The notes below the pieces were generated by a model. It ran no database searches, was not told the DNA's origin, and saw nothing but the letters and a program-made list of their open reading frames with translations. Positions 1 to 9,212 of a DNA stretch of 64,000 nt are shown here, piece after piece. The position numbers and the translations under genes are program-made. This stretch comes from Desulfatiglandales bacterium (lineage in GTDB: Bacteria; Desulfobacterota; DSM-4660; Desulfatiglandales; Desulfatiglandaceae): the NCBI GenBank assembly GCA_963662465.1, contig OY759599.1, forward strand, positions 2,176,001 through 2,240,000, written 5' to 3'. The stretch's first letter is position 1. Each line of letters starts with the position of its first letter.

Positions 1-103
1 CGATGGAATCCCTCAATCGCTTTAAAGCCTGGTGATTCATTATCCGGCAATGAGCGTAACGCAACTCCAGCAAATGAATATCAACGGTTCGGATGGATTC
101 CAT
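1..103 (-). CDS. ParB N-terminal-like protein, 5' part only (runs off window)
   Basis: Manual translation from ATG at 103: MESIRTVDIHLLELRYAHCRIMNHQALKRLRDSI; GGGAG RBS; overlaps upstream ORF; resembles ParB-like ORFs found next to IS21-family istA genes. Confidence 0.6.
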   Translation of the reverse strand, partial: MESIRTVDIHLLELRYAHCRIMNHQALKRLRDSI

Positions 104-500
104 ACCCAGTCTCCCGAAAGATTTCCTCTATGGTTTCTCCAAGACTGACCCAATTTCCTTGCCGGATCTCCTTTACCTGTTTCACAATCACAGGACGTCT
201 GGGAAGCGAAAGAACCTGAAACAGACGGCCATCAAACCCAATCAGATCCTTGTCCAACAAGCCATCGCGGGCATCGATATATTGATCCAAATGCACCTTT
301 AAAATCCGGCAGATTCTGTCGTAACCATAATAAGAGAGCCCGTTTTTGTCAGATACCAACACCAGAAAAATGTAGAGCAGCAGCTCATGATGATTCAGGC
401 TCTCCCAAAAGCCGTTTCTCAAAAAACGATGCTCCAGAAAGCCGAAGCTTCCATTGATGACACGCACTCTTTCGGGAAAAAGGACTCTTTTTTTGATCAT
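81..500 (-). CDS. hypothetical (likely winged-HTH) protein of putative IS21-associated accessory cluster
   Basis: 139 aa ORF with GGAG RBS; ELLLYIFLVLVSDKNGLSYYGYDRIC resembles Rep-type wHTH segments. Confidence 0.65.
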   Translation of the reverse strand: MIKKRVLFPERVRVINGSFGFLEHRFLRNGFWESLNHHELLLYIFLVLVSDKNGLSYYGYDRICRILKVHLDQYIDARDGLLDKDLIGFDGRLFQVLSLPRRPVIVKQVKEIRQGNWVSLGETIEEIFRETGYGIHPNR

Positions 501-512
501 TTTTTTCTCCTG

Positions 513-929
513 TCATGGATATGGGGTTTTCTCAAAGCCTGTTACATCTGAAAAAACCCTCCCTGCATAAGCACGGCGAGGAAAATGGTCCACAACAACC
601 CCGATCGACCCGCAAAAAAGACAGCTGGGTCGGTTCCCCGACCGCTTTTTGGGTTCAATATCACAGTCTTTTTGAGGTGTTGAACTATCATCACCAGGGT
701 TCAGTCCATTTTTTTTGGATTTTTTTGTTTTTTCGTACAAACGACGGCGCTCTTTCCCTTTTTTCGAATTGCGGTATTTCCCCTGAGCTTTCCGGTGCAG
801 CTGTCTTTGGCGTATCCTGCGACATCGTTCCCCACAATAGGCCTGGCCACGCCAACACGACCGACAGACGTGAAAAAAGCAACCACAACATCGGCATTGA
901 ACCACTCTTAAAAGGACATCTCCCATCAT
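513..929 (-). CDS. Cys-rich basic hypothetical protein (IS21-associated type); start uncertain
   Basis: CxxC-x6-CxxC-x-RGQAYCxxxC followed by a basic helix, plus C-terminal CxxC. Confidence 0.6.
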   Translation of the reverse strand: MMGDVLLRVVQCRCCGCFFHVCRSCWRGQAYCGERCRRIRQRQLHRKAQGKYRNSKKGKERRRLYEKTKKSKKNGLNPGDDSSTPQKDCDIEPKKRSGNRPSCLFCGSIGVVVDHFPRRAYAGRVFSDVTGFEKTPYP

Positions 930-1005
930 TCCGGCCTTGCAATTGGCCGGAAACACACTTATATAAAATTGGCGTGTGTGTGGCTTCCGGCTCTATCCGG
1001 TGGTC

Positions 1006-1041
1006 AAAAAAGAAGGCCCGAAGCGGCTACTTCGGGCCTTC
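1006..1041 (-). terminator. intrinsic terminator-like hairpin
   Basis: 12-bp perfect stem GAAGGCCCGAAG/CTTCGGGCCTTC followed by T6 on the minus strand. Confidence 0.6.
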
Positions 1042-1285
1042 ACCATCCATTCTACAAAGTAAATCGCATTTCCACTTAACCAAGCCTCTGTCTTGGAAGA
1101 AGAAAACCAAATCCAAAGAAAATAGATTTTATAAAAATTTATTGAAAAGTAAATCTACATCAACGACTCCTTTGCCGCCACTTATGGATCCCTCATCGTC
1201 CGCTATACCTGAGGGCCGTACTCACCGGCGGTGACAGCCAATGGTTCAATTTCCATTAGCAAACTTGGTTCAGTTTTGATTAGCG

Positions 1286-2221
1286 TTGAAGACGGTTCTT
1301 GAAAGGTTTTTGAACCGAAGCCCTGAACAACTTGTGGGGTCTCTCCCTCGCCCACTCCAGGAAAAGCTCGATATTTTCCTCTCCAAATACGGGTGTCGCG
1401 CCCGCCATAGAACCCTTTACCTGAAACGATGGGCGGAAGCGCCGGAGGAGGTTCTCGGGATGATGGCAGCCCTTCTCGGAAATCCGGTGAACGGGGGTAA
1501 AGCGGAAAGCGCCGGGCCTGATGACCCTGTGATAGTCATACGGCGGAAATTGCCATGGCGCCTCCGTGTCGTACTCCGACCCCTTTTAAAATTTACCTGC
1601 AATTTTTTAAACCTGCGGGAAGATCTAAGATTTTTGCTCGACAAAATCCTCTATCTTGTCAGGCAATCCGTGATAACCCTTGGAAAACACACGGGCCTGG
1701 GTGAAGGCGTCCTGTTTCTGACCCAATCCGAATTGGACCAGGTGGTTGACGGCAGTATCGATTTTGAAGATGCAAGGCTGTTGGCCGATGCCGGGCGAGA
1801 TGCATTCCTGAAGCAATCCGATGTTTACACGTTTTATATTGACGGCAGGCCAATGGATGAACTCCCGTCAAACGCAAAAATCATGCGGGGCATTGGAACC
1901 AGTCCCGGCAGGGCAACGGGAAGGGCCAGAATCGTGGATGATCCAACAAAACACCCTATTCAAAAAGGGGATATCCTGGTTGCCAAAAATACCGATCCCG
2001 GCTGGACGCCCATCTTACGGATCGTCAGCGGGATCGTTGTCGAAGAAGGGGGAATACTGAACCACTGCTCTATCGTGGCCCGGGAACTGGGAATCCCGGC
2101 GGTTGTCGGCGTCCGACAGGCCACCCGAAAAATACCGGAAAACGCCCTCATTACCATCGACGGGGGCTTTGGCGCCGTTCAAATGGCGGATTCAGGGCTG
2201 CGCACCAAAACCCATTATTGA
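1286..2221 (+). pseudogene. 5'-truncated PEP-utilizing enzyme (PEP synthase/rifamycin phosphotransferase-like), C-terminal swivel phosphohistidine domain
   Basis: GIGTSPGRATGRAR...TDPGWTP...GGILNHCSIVARELGIPAVVG; no ATP-grasp domain; ORF begins at the IS-like end. Confidence 0.7.
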
Positions 2222-2427
2222 CATTTTGGGCTTGGTCCTAACTTTTCCCACTGTTAAGCGCCTGTTTAAAAGAGAACCGCGGAATGCTTTTCTTTTCTTT
2301 GACAGCGCTCAAAAAATAAAGCAGAATAAACATCCCTCAATTCCATGAAATCCGTTGAAGTTCACCCAGCGTTTGTCAGGAGCGATTCAGCGCTTTTGCC
2401 AACCGTTGAAAATCCCGGAGGCCCATT

Positions 2428-4287
2428 ATGCCGGAAACCAATCCCCCTCCCCCCTTTCGGATTCTGCTGGTGGAGCAGGCGCCCCTGGACCGGCAGGCAT
2501 TTTGCCGGGCCATGAAAGAGGGCGGAATTCCCTGTGACTTCACCGAGTGTTCCCGGGCAGACGAAGCCCTGGAACGGATTGCGGCGACCCCCTCGCCTTT
2601 CGATCTGGTGGTGGTGGACCATCTGCTGCCCGACATGTCCGGGCTTGAGTTGTGCCGGCAGGCGGCCATGCGAAAAACCCCTTCGCCGCTTCTGTTTCTC
2701 ATCCCCGCCGGTTCGGAAACCCTGGCGGCGGCAGCGATCAAGACCGGGGCTACCGCCTATATCATAAAAGATCCCTCCAATGGATATCTCAACCTGTTGC
2801 CGGTGGCGGCGCCGGAGGCGATAAAACGATACCGGGATCGACTTGCCCACACTGAAACCGAAGCGGTTTTGAGAGAAAGCGAGGCGAAATACCGGTTTAT
2901 CACCGATACCATGCTGGATATGGTGTGGATCGTGGGGCTCGACTTACAGACCACCTACGTGAGCCCTTCCATTGAGCGGGTGCTCGGGTTTACGCCGGAA
3001 GAGCGAAAACAACAATCGTTTAAGGGGAATGTTACGCCTGAATCCTATCAGAGAGTCCTGGAAAGGCTGGCGGAAGAACTTCGGCGCGATCATGAAAACG
3101 CTCCTGACCCGAATCGATCCATCGTCATCGAGGTGGAATACTACCGCAAGGACGGGACCACCCTCTGGATGGAGAACAGGGTCCAGGCCATCCGCGATTC
3201 GAAAAACGCCATTGTGGGCATTATGGGGGTGTCCCGCGATATTACCGAACGTCGAGAGGCGGAAGCGGCTTTGCGGGAGAGTGAAAAAAAGTATAGAACC
3301 CTTTTTGAAAACGCGCCCATAGGGATCGGGATCACCGACGGGGCCGGCAATATTCTGGATTTCAACGAGGCCATGCTCAGGCTTCACGGGTATAAACCAG
3401 GGGACACGCTTCCCAGTGGACGTACGGTCAACTATTACCACAACCCCGAGGAGAGGGAGAGGACTGTGGCCCTCCTTTTGAGGGACGGCTTTGTTGACCG
3501 GGAGGAAGTTTATCTGAAACGCAAGGACGGCACGCCGTACCACGGACTTCTCAGCATGCGGCCCATGGAGATGGAAGGCAAATCCTGCTGGCTCTCCATG
3601 ATTCAGGATATCAGTGAGCAATTGAAAAAAGATGAGGCCCTGCGAAAATCCGCCCAGGTCCAGGAGGTGCTGGTTCGAGAGGTCAACCACCGGGTCAAAA
3701 ACAATCTCTCCGCCATTATCAGCATGATCCACAAGGAGGAAGATCACGCCATGGCAACGGAGAACCGGGAACGGATCCCCCTCTTGCGTGATCTCTCTTC
3801 ACGGATTCAAGGGCTCTTGACGGTCCACAGCATGCTCTCCCAAAGCGGGTGGCGTCCCCTTAACCTTCAGACCCTTTGTGAGGGGATCATTCAGGGGACC
3901 CTCAAGGGCGCTCCTTTCTCAAAAAAGATGGCGATCCATGTGGCGCCCAGCCCGGTTGCGGTCAACAGCAACATTGCCCACCACCTGGCCCTGGTGTTGA
4001 ATGAACTGGCCACCAACAGCATGAAACATGCCGTAAATGACCGCCATGTCTGCCATATCGCCGTTAATATTCATGAGGACGGCGAACAAGTATCCATTTG
4101 TTACAGGGATGACGGACCGGGCTATCCGGAAGCCATGATTCGAGAAAGCGCATCCGGGGAAAATATCGGCTTTCAACTGATACAGGGCATCGTTACCCGG
4201 AGCCTTGGGGGCAAAGTCCGAATCGAAAATAAAAATGGCGCCGTGACGAGGATTACTTTCAGGAACAGCGAGAATTCAAAAAGATAG
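2428..4287 (+). CDS. REC-PAS-PAS histidine kinase (HisKA_2 type)
   Basis: N-terminal receiver, two PAS/PAC, H-box EVNHRVKNNL, NELATNSMKHA, DDGPG. Confidence 0.9.
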   Translation: MPETNPPPPFRILLVEQAPLDRQAFCRAMKEGGIPCDFTECSRADEALERIAATPSPFDLVVVDHLLPDMSGLELCRQAAMRKTPSPLLFLIPAGSETLAAAAIKTGATAYIIKDPSNGYLNLLPVAAPEAIKRYRDRLAHTETEAVLRESEAKYRFITDTMLDMVWIVGLDLQTTYVSPSIERVLGFTPEERKQQSFKGNVTPESYQRVLERLAEELRRDHENAPDPNRSIVIEVEYYRKDGTTLWMENRVQAIRDSKNAIVGIMGVSRDITERREAEAALRESEKKYRTLFENAPIGIGITDGAGNILDFNEAMLRLHGYKPGDTLPSGRTVNYYHNPEERERTVALLLRDGFVDREEVYLKRKDGTPYHGLLSMRPMEMEGKSCWLSMIQDISEQLKKDEALRKSAQVQEVLVREVNHRVKNNLSAIISMIHKEEDHAMATENRERIPLLRDLSSRIQGLLTVHSMLSQSGWRPLNLQTLCEGIIQGTLKGAPFSKKMAIHVAPSPVAVNSNIAHHLALVLNELATNSMKHAVNDRHVCHIAVNIHEDGEQVSICYRDDGPGYPEAMIRESASGENIGFQLIQGIVTRSLGGKVRIENKNGAVTRITFRNSENSKR

Positions 4288-4298
4288 GAGGCCCAATC

Positions 4299-6281
4299 AT
4301 GAACGATCCAAAACCCATTCGCGTCCTTGTGGCTGAAGACGACTTTCTCATCGGTGAAGAAATCGTCCGGGTCTTGAAAAAGCTGGGGTATGATGCCGTC
4401 GGCACAGCCGCCAATGGCCGGAAGGCGGTTGAGATGACCGGCGCCCTCCATCCCGATGTGGTACTCATGGATCTGAAGATGCCGGTGCTGGACGGGATTA
4501 GCGCCACCCGGCAAATTCAAGCCGCCTGTCCCACGCCGGTGGTCATCCTTACGGCCCACGAGTCCCGGGATCTCGTGAAAGAGGCCGGGGAGGCAGGGGC
4601 ACTGGCATACCTCACCAAACCGCCCAGGGAAGATGAAATCGGACGAGCCATTGCCATCGCCATGGCCCGGCATGAAGATTTCATGGCCCTGCACCGTCTC
4701 AACCGGGACCTCAACCACCAGAAAGAAGCCCTTCACAAGTCCGAAACCTGGCTCCAGAGCATCTTCAATTCCCTGGAAGAAGGGGTCTTTGTGGTTACCC
4801 CCGACCGGAAGATAGCGAACATGAATAATGCGGCCCAAAGGATGTTCGGATATGCACGGGAGGAGCTTTTGAACCGCGCCCCTGATTTCCTTCATATGGA
4901 TCAGGCGCATTATGAGGAATTCGGCCGACGGATCAACGAGGCTTTCGATAAGGGGAGGGTAGCTAACTTCCAATTTGAAATCAGGCGAAAAAACGGTGAA
5001 ATATTTCCCTCCGAACACACCGTCACCCCCCTGAAAAGTCCAACGGGCGAGCCCATGGGCATTGTCAGCGTGGTTCGAGACATCACAGAGCGGAAAAAGA
5101 CGGAGGAAGCACTTCTAAAAGCCCGAAAGCTCGAATCCATGGGCATCCTTGCGGGCGGCATTGCCCACGACTATAACAATCTGCTCTCCATGATTATGGG
5201 CAACCTATCCCTGGCCAGGGAAGATGCAAAGCCGGAATACGGGATTTCAGAATTCCTGGAATCGGCTGAGGACGCGGCCGGGAGAGCCGCTGAGTTAACC
5301 CGTCAAATGCTGCACCTTTCCAAGGGGGGCGGCTTCCTGGCCAAAAGAACGGCCGCCATCGGAGGGGTCATTGAGAAAACCGCCGCGAAGGCTTCGGCGG
5401 GTTCCGGGGTTACCTGCGATTTTTCCATTCCGAACGATCTGTGGCAGGTTGAATTCGATGAAGATCAAATGAAACAGGTCATCGGCAATGTGGTAACAAA
5501 CGGGGTGGAAGCCATGCCCAAGGAGGAAACCATCGCCATAAAGGCGGAGAATGTTATCCTGCGTGAAGACAGCCAAAATCCCGACCTTCCGCTCGCAGCG
5601 GGAAAATATATAAAGATCTCCATTCAAGATCAGGGAATGGGCATTCCCCCGGAGCACCTCCCCAAGATCTTTGACCCCTACTTTTCAACCAAGAAGATGG
5701 GGGTCCAAAAAGGAATGGGGCTGGGCCTTGCAACGGCCCTTGCCATCGTCAAGCGGCACGGGGGGCACATTGGCGTAACATCGCGGGTGGGGGTCGGAAC
5801 CACCCTCCGCATTTTTCTGCCGGCTTCCGAAGAAAAAGTCCGGCAACCCATATCCGCCGCGGGTACGCCCCCAATGGACCCGCAACCCTCCGAAACAAAG
5901 AGAATTCTCATCATGGACGATGAAGAAATGTTGCGAAACCTCGGCAAAGAGATGCTCACTCGCCTGGGCTATGCGGTTGAAACGGCCGGGGACGGGGCTG
6001 AAGCCATCCGGTTGTACAGGACGGCACGGGAATCGGGGGAACCTTTTGACGCGGTCATTCTGGATCTGACCATCAAGGGCGGCATGGGCGGGAAAGAAGC
6101 CATTCGGGAATTGCAAACCATAAACCCTGAAGTGAAAGCCATCCTGTACAGCGGCTATTCCGAAGATCCCATCATGACCCACTTCCGGGAATATGGGTTT
6201 TGCGCCGCCATGGCCAAGCCTTATCAGTTGAAGGATTTGGCGGATAATTTGACGAAGATCCTGGGGAAAGAAAGGAAGTAG
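4299..6281 (+). CDS. hybrid histidine kinase REC-PAS-HisKA-HATPase-REC
   Basis: GGIAHDYNN H-box, DQGMG, GMGLGL, two receiver domains. Confidence 0.92.
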   Translation: MNDPKPIRVLVAEDDFLIGEEIVRVLKKLGYDAVGTAANGRKAVEMTGALHPDVVLMDLKMPVLDGISATRQIQAACPTPVVILTAHESRDLVKEAGEAGALAYLTKPPREDEIGRAIAIAMARHEDFMALHRLNRDLNHQKEALHKSETWLQSIFNSLEEGVFVVTPDRKIANMNNAAQRMFGYAREELLNRAPDFLHMDQAHYEEFGRRINEAFDKGRVANFQFEIRRKNGEIFPSEHTVTPLKSPTGEPMGIVSVVRDITERKKTEEALLKARKLESMGILAGGIAHDYNNLLSMIMGNLSLAREDAKPEYGISEFLESAEDAAGRAAELTRQMLHLSKGGGFLAKRTAAIGGVIEKTAAKASAGSGVTCDFSIPNDLWQVEFDEDQMKQVIGNVVTNGVEAMPKEETIAIKAENVILREDSQNPDLPLAAGKYIKISIQDQGMGIPPEHLPKIFDPYFSTKKMGVQKGMGLGLATALAIVKRHGGHIGVTSRVGVGTTLRIFLPASEEKVRQPISAAGTPPMDPQPSETKRILIMDDEEMLRNLGKEMLTRLGYAVETAGDGAEAIRLYRTARESGEPFDAVILDLTIKGGMGGKEAIRELQTINPEVKAILYSGYSEDPIMTHFREYGFCAAMAKPYQLKDLADNLTKILGKERK

Positions 6282-6586
6282 GTCAGGGTGCGGCGCGTCC
6301 CATTCTTTCCTCTGATGCTGTTGAATCCCAAATGGGTTGAAATCCATCAAACGACCGAAAAAACCCCAACGCGCCGTTCCCTGACATTCTTACAACCACC
6401 CCAACGTCGCCAATGGGATTATCGGTTTATGCCGAATCAATGTCAGGTAATCCCGCGTGTGGACATGTGGGATTTTGTACGTTCATGGGGGTTGGCATGA
6501 AAATCGAAATTTCGAGGTAAAAATGTGAACGCGGGACAACCTGACCTACGGACTACGGGCTATACGGCTTTTCCCCTCCGGGAAAG
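6278..6586. repeat. GTAG-type REP/REPIN-like element
   Basis: GTAGGTCAGG (6278) and CCTGACCTAC (6549) inverted ends; 6434-6586 recurs nearly identically at 46305-46450. Confidence 0.75.
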
Positions 6587-6604
6587 ATAATGCTTCATTC
6601 TTCA

Positions 6605-9061
6605 TTAAACGGTTTCCGTAATGACATCATGGACCGTTTTGGCCAGGGCTTGCCTGTCAAACGGTTTCGGCACCACCCCCTGAAAACCGTATTCCCTGAA
6701 ATTTGACATGACCGGATCATTGGAGTAACCGCTGCTGACGATAGTCTTCACACCAGGATCGATTTCCCGCAGTTTCCCAATGGCCTCCTTTCCTCCCATG
6801 CCGCCGGGGATGGTCAAATCCAGAATCACCAGATCATAGGGGGTCCCGGATTCCCGGGCCGCCTTAAACAGGGCAATGGCTTCGGCCCCGTCCGCGGCAA
6901 ACCCCATCTCATATCCCAGTCGCTCCAGCATCCTGCCGGCAACTTTTCTCAAGCCTTCCTCATCGTCCATGATCAGGATCTTTCCATGGGCCTCAAGGTG
7001 TCCCTCCGCCTTCACAGTCTCCATCGGAGGCTGTTTCGCCAGGGCGGGCAGGTAAATATGGAAGGTCGTTCCCACGTTCAATCGAGATTCAACGGTGAGG
7101 TGCCCGCCGTGCCTTTTGATGATAGAATAGGCCGTGGCAAGCCCAAGCCCCCGCCCTTTCTCCTTGCTGCTGAAATATGGATCGAATATTTTGATCAGGT
7201 GTTTTTCCGGGATGCCGATCCCCTGATCCTGAAAGGATATCCTGACGTACTTCCCCGGCTGAAGGGGCAAACCATGGCCCGACGCGATGACCGAATTCTC
7301 CGCGTCAATTCGAATGACCCCGCCCTCGGGCATGGCCTGGTCCGCGTTGAGTACCAGGTTCTGCACGACCTGGCTGATTTGTCCGCTGTCCACTTCCGTT
7401 GCCCAGAGATCATCCGGGGTATGGAAATCACATCCGGTTTTCGAGCCCCGGAGCACAAACAAAGACGTTTCCCGGACGATGTCGAAGACACTGGCCAGGG
7501 CCTTGATGGGCGCCCCACCTCTGGCAAAGGTCAGCAACTGTTTCGTAATATCCTGGGCCCGGGCCGCGGCCCGTTCCGCTTCGGCCAGCATTTCAAATGC
7601 GTCTTCTTCGGGTTTCAGATCCATCTTCGCCAGGGAAACATTTCCCATGATAATGGACAGGATGTTGTTGAAATCGTGGGCCAAACCGCCCGCCAGAATC
7701 CCGATGGATTCGAGCTTCTCCATTTTCAGAAGCTCTTCCTCCATTTTCCTGCGCTCGGTGATATCCCTGACAACGGCCACCATCCCATGGACTTTTCCAT
7801 CCTCTAAAATGGCCGTTCCGTTGACTTCACCGAACTTTTTCCGTCCATCCTTGGCCGTAAATTCCCGCGTTGCCGAAAGGATGTTTCCCCCCGTAAAAAC
7901 GCTTTGCACAAGGGAGATGGCTTCATCCAACTGGTCGGGGGGCACAATATCCAAATCCGGAAAGGGCCTGCCCACAAGCTCCTCCGGTTTGTACCCCAGA
8001 AATTTTTCGATGGATGGCGACACGCTGAGGACTTCAAGTTCAGGACCGATGGCGTAGATCACATCGGATACATTCTCAAAATGCAACCGATACCGCTCCT
8101 CGCTTTCCCTCAACATCTTCTCCGTCTTTTTGCGCTCGATGATTTCTCTTTCCAGATCCAGCATTTTCTTTTCCAGCTTCTTCACCAGCCGTTCGCTGTA
8201 AAGCCTGAGATCTTCCCCGTTTTCTTCCGGCGCCGTTATTTTAGGCACGATCCTGCCCCATTGAATATCCGTGATCATATCATCTATGATCTTTAGAAAG
8301 TGATCAGGCTCAACGGGCTTTCGAATGAATCTATCCGCTCCTATGTGAGAAGCGAATTCCTCATCCTTTTGATCGGTGTAGGTGGCGGTGTAAAAAACAA
8401 ACGGAATCTTTTTGAGCCTTTCATCTCCTCTGACCCGCCGGCAGAGCTGAAAGCCATCCATCACCGGCATGAGGATATCGGAAATGATCACATCAACAGT
8501 TTCGGAGCGAAGCCTCTCCAGTGCCTCGGCGCCGTTTCGCGCCGACACCACCTGATGCCCATGGGTCTTGAGCAGGGTTTCCAGCATATAGAGGCTCTCT
8601 TTGTTATCGTCCACGATCAGCAGATTCATCTTCCGGTCCTCCCGCAGATATTTTTTGACCTCTTTGCCGAAACCGTAGGGGTCAATGGGTTTTGGGATAT
8701 ACCCGGAGCAGCCCGCTTCCAGGGTCTTTTCCCGGTCTCCCCGCATGGCATGGGCCGTCAAGGCCACCACCGGAATGCCGGCCAGCCGTTTATCCGCCTT
8801 GATCCGGCGGGTGGCCTCATAACCGTCCATAAGGGGAAGCTGCATGTCCATGAGGATCAGATCGGGAACATGTTGGGAGGCCATTTCCAGGGCCTCCAGG
8901 CCATCTTTGGCCTCGATCACCTGAAACCCTTCCTTCTCCATCAGCACGCGCGCTATGTAAAGGCTCTTTTGATCATCTTCCACAATTAGGATTGTTGATT
9001 GTTGATTGTTGATTGTTGATTGTGGAGTGGCAATTGTGGATTGTTGATTTGATGGTGCCAT
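6605..9061 (-). CDS. hybrid histidine kinase REC-REC-PAS-HisKA-HATPase-REC
   Basis: Three receiver domains, GGLAHDFNN, GRGLGL; start placed at MAPSNQ after GGAGG. Confidence 0.9.
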   Translation of the reverse strand: MAPSNQQSTIATPQSTINNQQSTILIVEDDQKSLYIARVLMEKEGFQVIEAKDGLEALEMASQHVPDLILMDMQLPLMDGYEATRRIKADKRLAGIPVVALTAHAMRGDREKTLEAGCSGYIPKPIDPYGFGKEVKKYLREDRKMNLLIVDDNKESLYMLETLLKTHGHQVVSARNGAEALERLRSETVDVIISDILMPVMDGFQLCRRVRGDERLKKIPFVFYTATYTDQKDEEFASHIGADRFIRKPVEPDHFLKIIDDMITDIQWGRIVPKITAPEENGEDLRLYSERLVKKLEKKMLDLEREIIERKKTEKMLRESEERYRLHFENVSDVIYAIGPELEVLSVSPSIEKFLGYKPEELVGRPFPDLDIVPPDQLDEAISLVQSVFTGGNILSATREFTAKDGRKKFGEVNGTAILEDGKVHGMVAVVRDITERRKMEEELLKMEKLESIGILAGGLAHDFNNILSIIMGNVSLAKMDLKPEEDAFEMLAEAERAAARAQDITKQLLTFARGGAPIKALASVFDIVRETSLFVLRGSKTGCDFHTPDDLWATEVDSGQISQVVQNLVLNADQAMPEGGVIRIDAENSVIASGHGLPLQPGKYVRISFQDQGIGIPEKHLIKIFDPYFSSKEKGRGLGLATAYSIIKRHGGHLTVESRLNVGTTFHIYLPALAKQPPMETVKAEGHLEAHGKILIMDDEEGLRKVAGRMLERLGYEMGFAADGAEAIALFKAARESGTPYDLVILDLTIPGGMGGKEAIGKLREIDPGVKTIVSSGYSNDPVMSNFREYGFQGVVPKPFDRQALAKTVHDVITETV

Positions 9062-9211
9062 TGGTTGTCTTTCCTCCAGAAAATGCCGGGTTATTTGGTG
9101 CATCGCGGATTTACGTGTTACTCAGGTTTGCTCTCAGAAAAACCTTGTTCAGGTGCCTCCCCCCATTACTTATCCTCCCAATCAACAATCAACAATCGCC
9201 AATCAACAATC
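8990..9211. repeat. inverted pair of heptamer tracts, (GATTGTT)n at 8990-9048 and (AATCAAC)n at 9179-9211
   Basis: Directly visible 7-nt periodicity; first tract encodes NQQSTI-type peptide. Confidence 0.85.
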
Positions 9212-9212
9212 C

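Larger units (their letters stand above)
1..1290 (-). mobile_element. end of a probable IS21-family-like element (transposase outside window)
   Basis: Imperfect tandem 19-bp repeats TGGTTCAATTTCCATTAGC (1242-1260) and TGGTTCAGTTTTGATTAGC (1266-1284); a TGTCACCGCC end on the minus strand at 1236; adjacent host gene truncated at ~1290. Confidence 0.55.

Noticed and set aside
515..1234. 239-aa plus-strand ORF
   Set aside because: Antisense to the Cys-rich gene, crosses non-coding hairpins, no recognisable motif
8990..9211. Repeat tracts as a CRISPR array
   Set aside because: 7-nt tandem units without unique spacers; no cas genes
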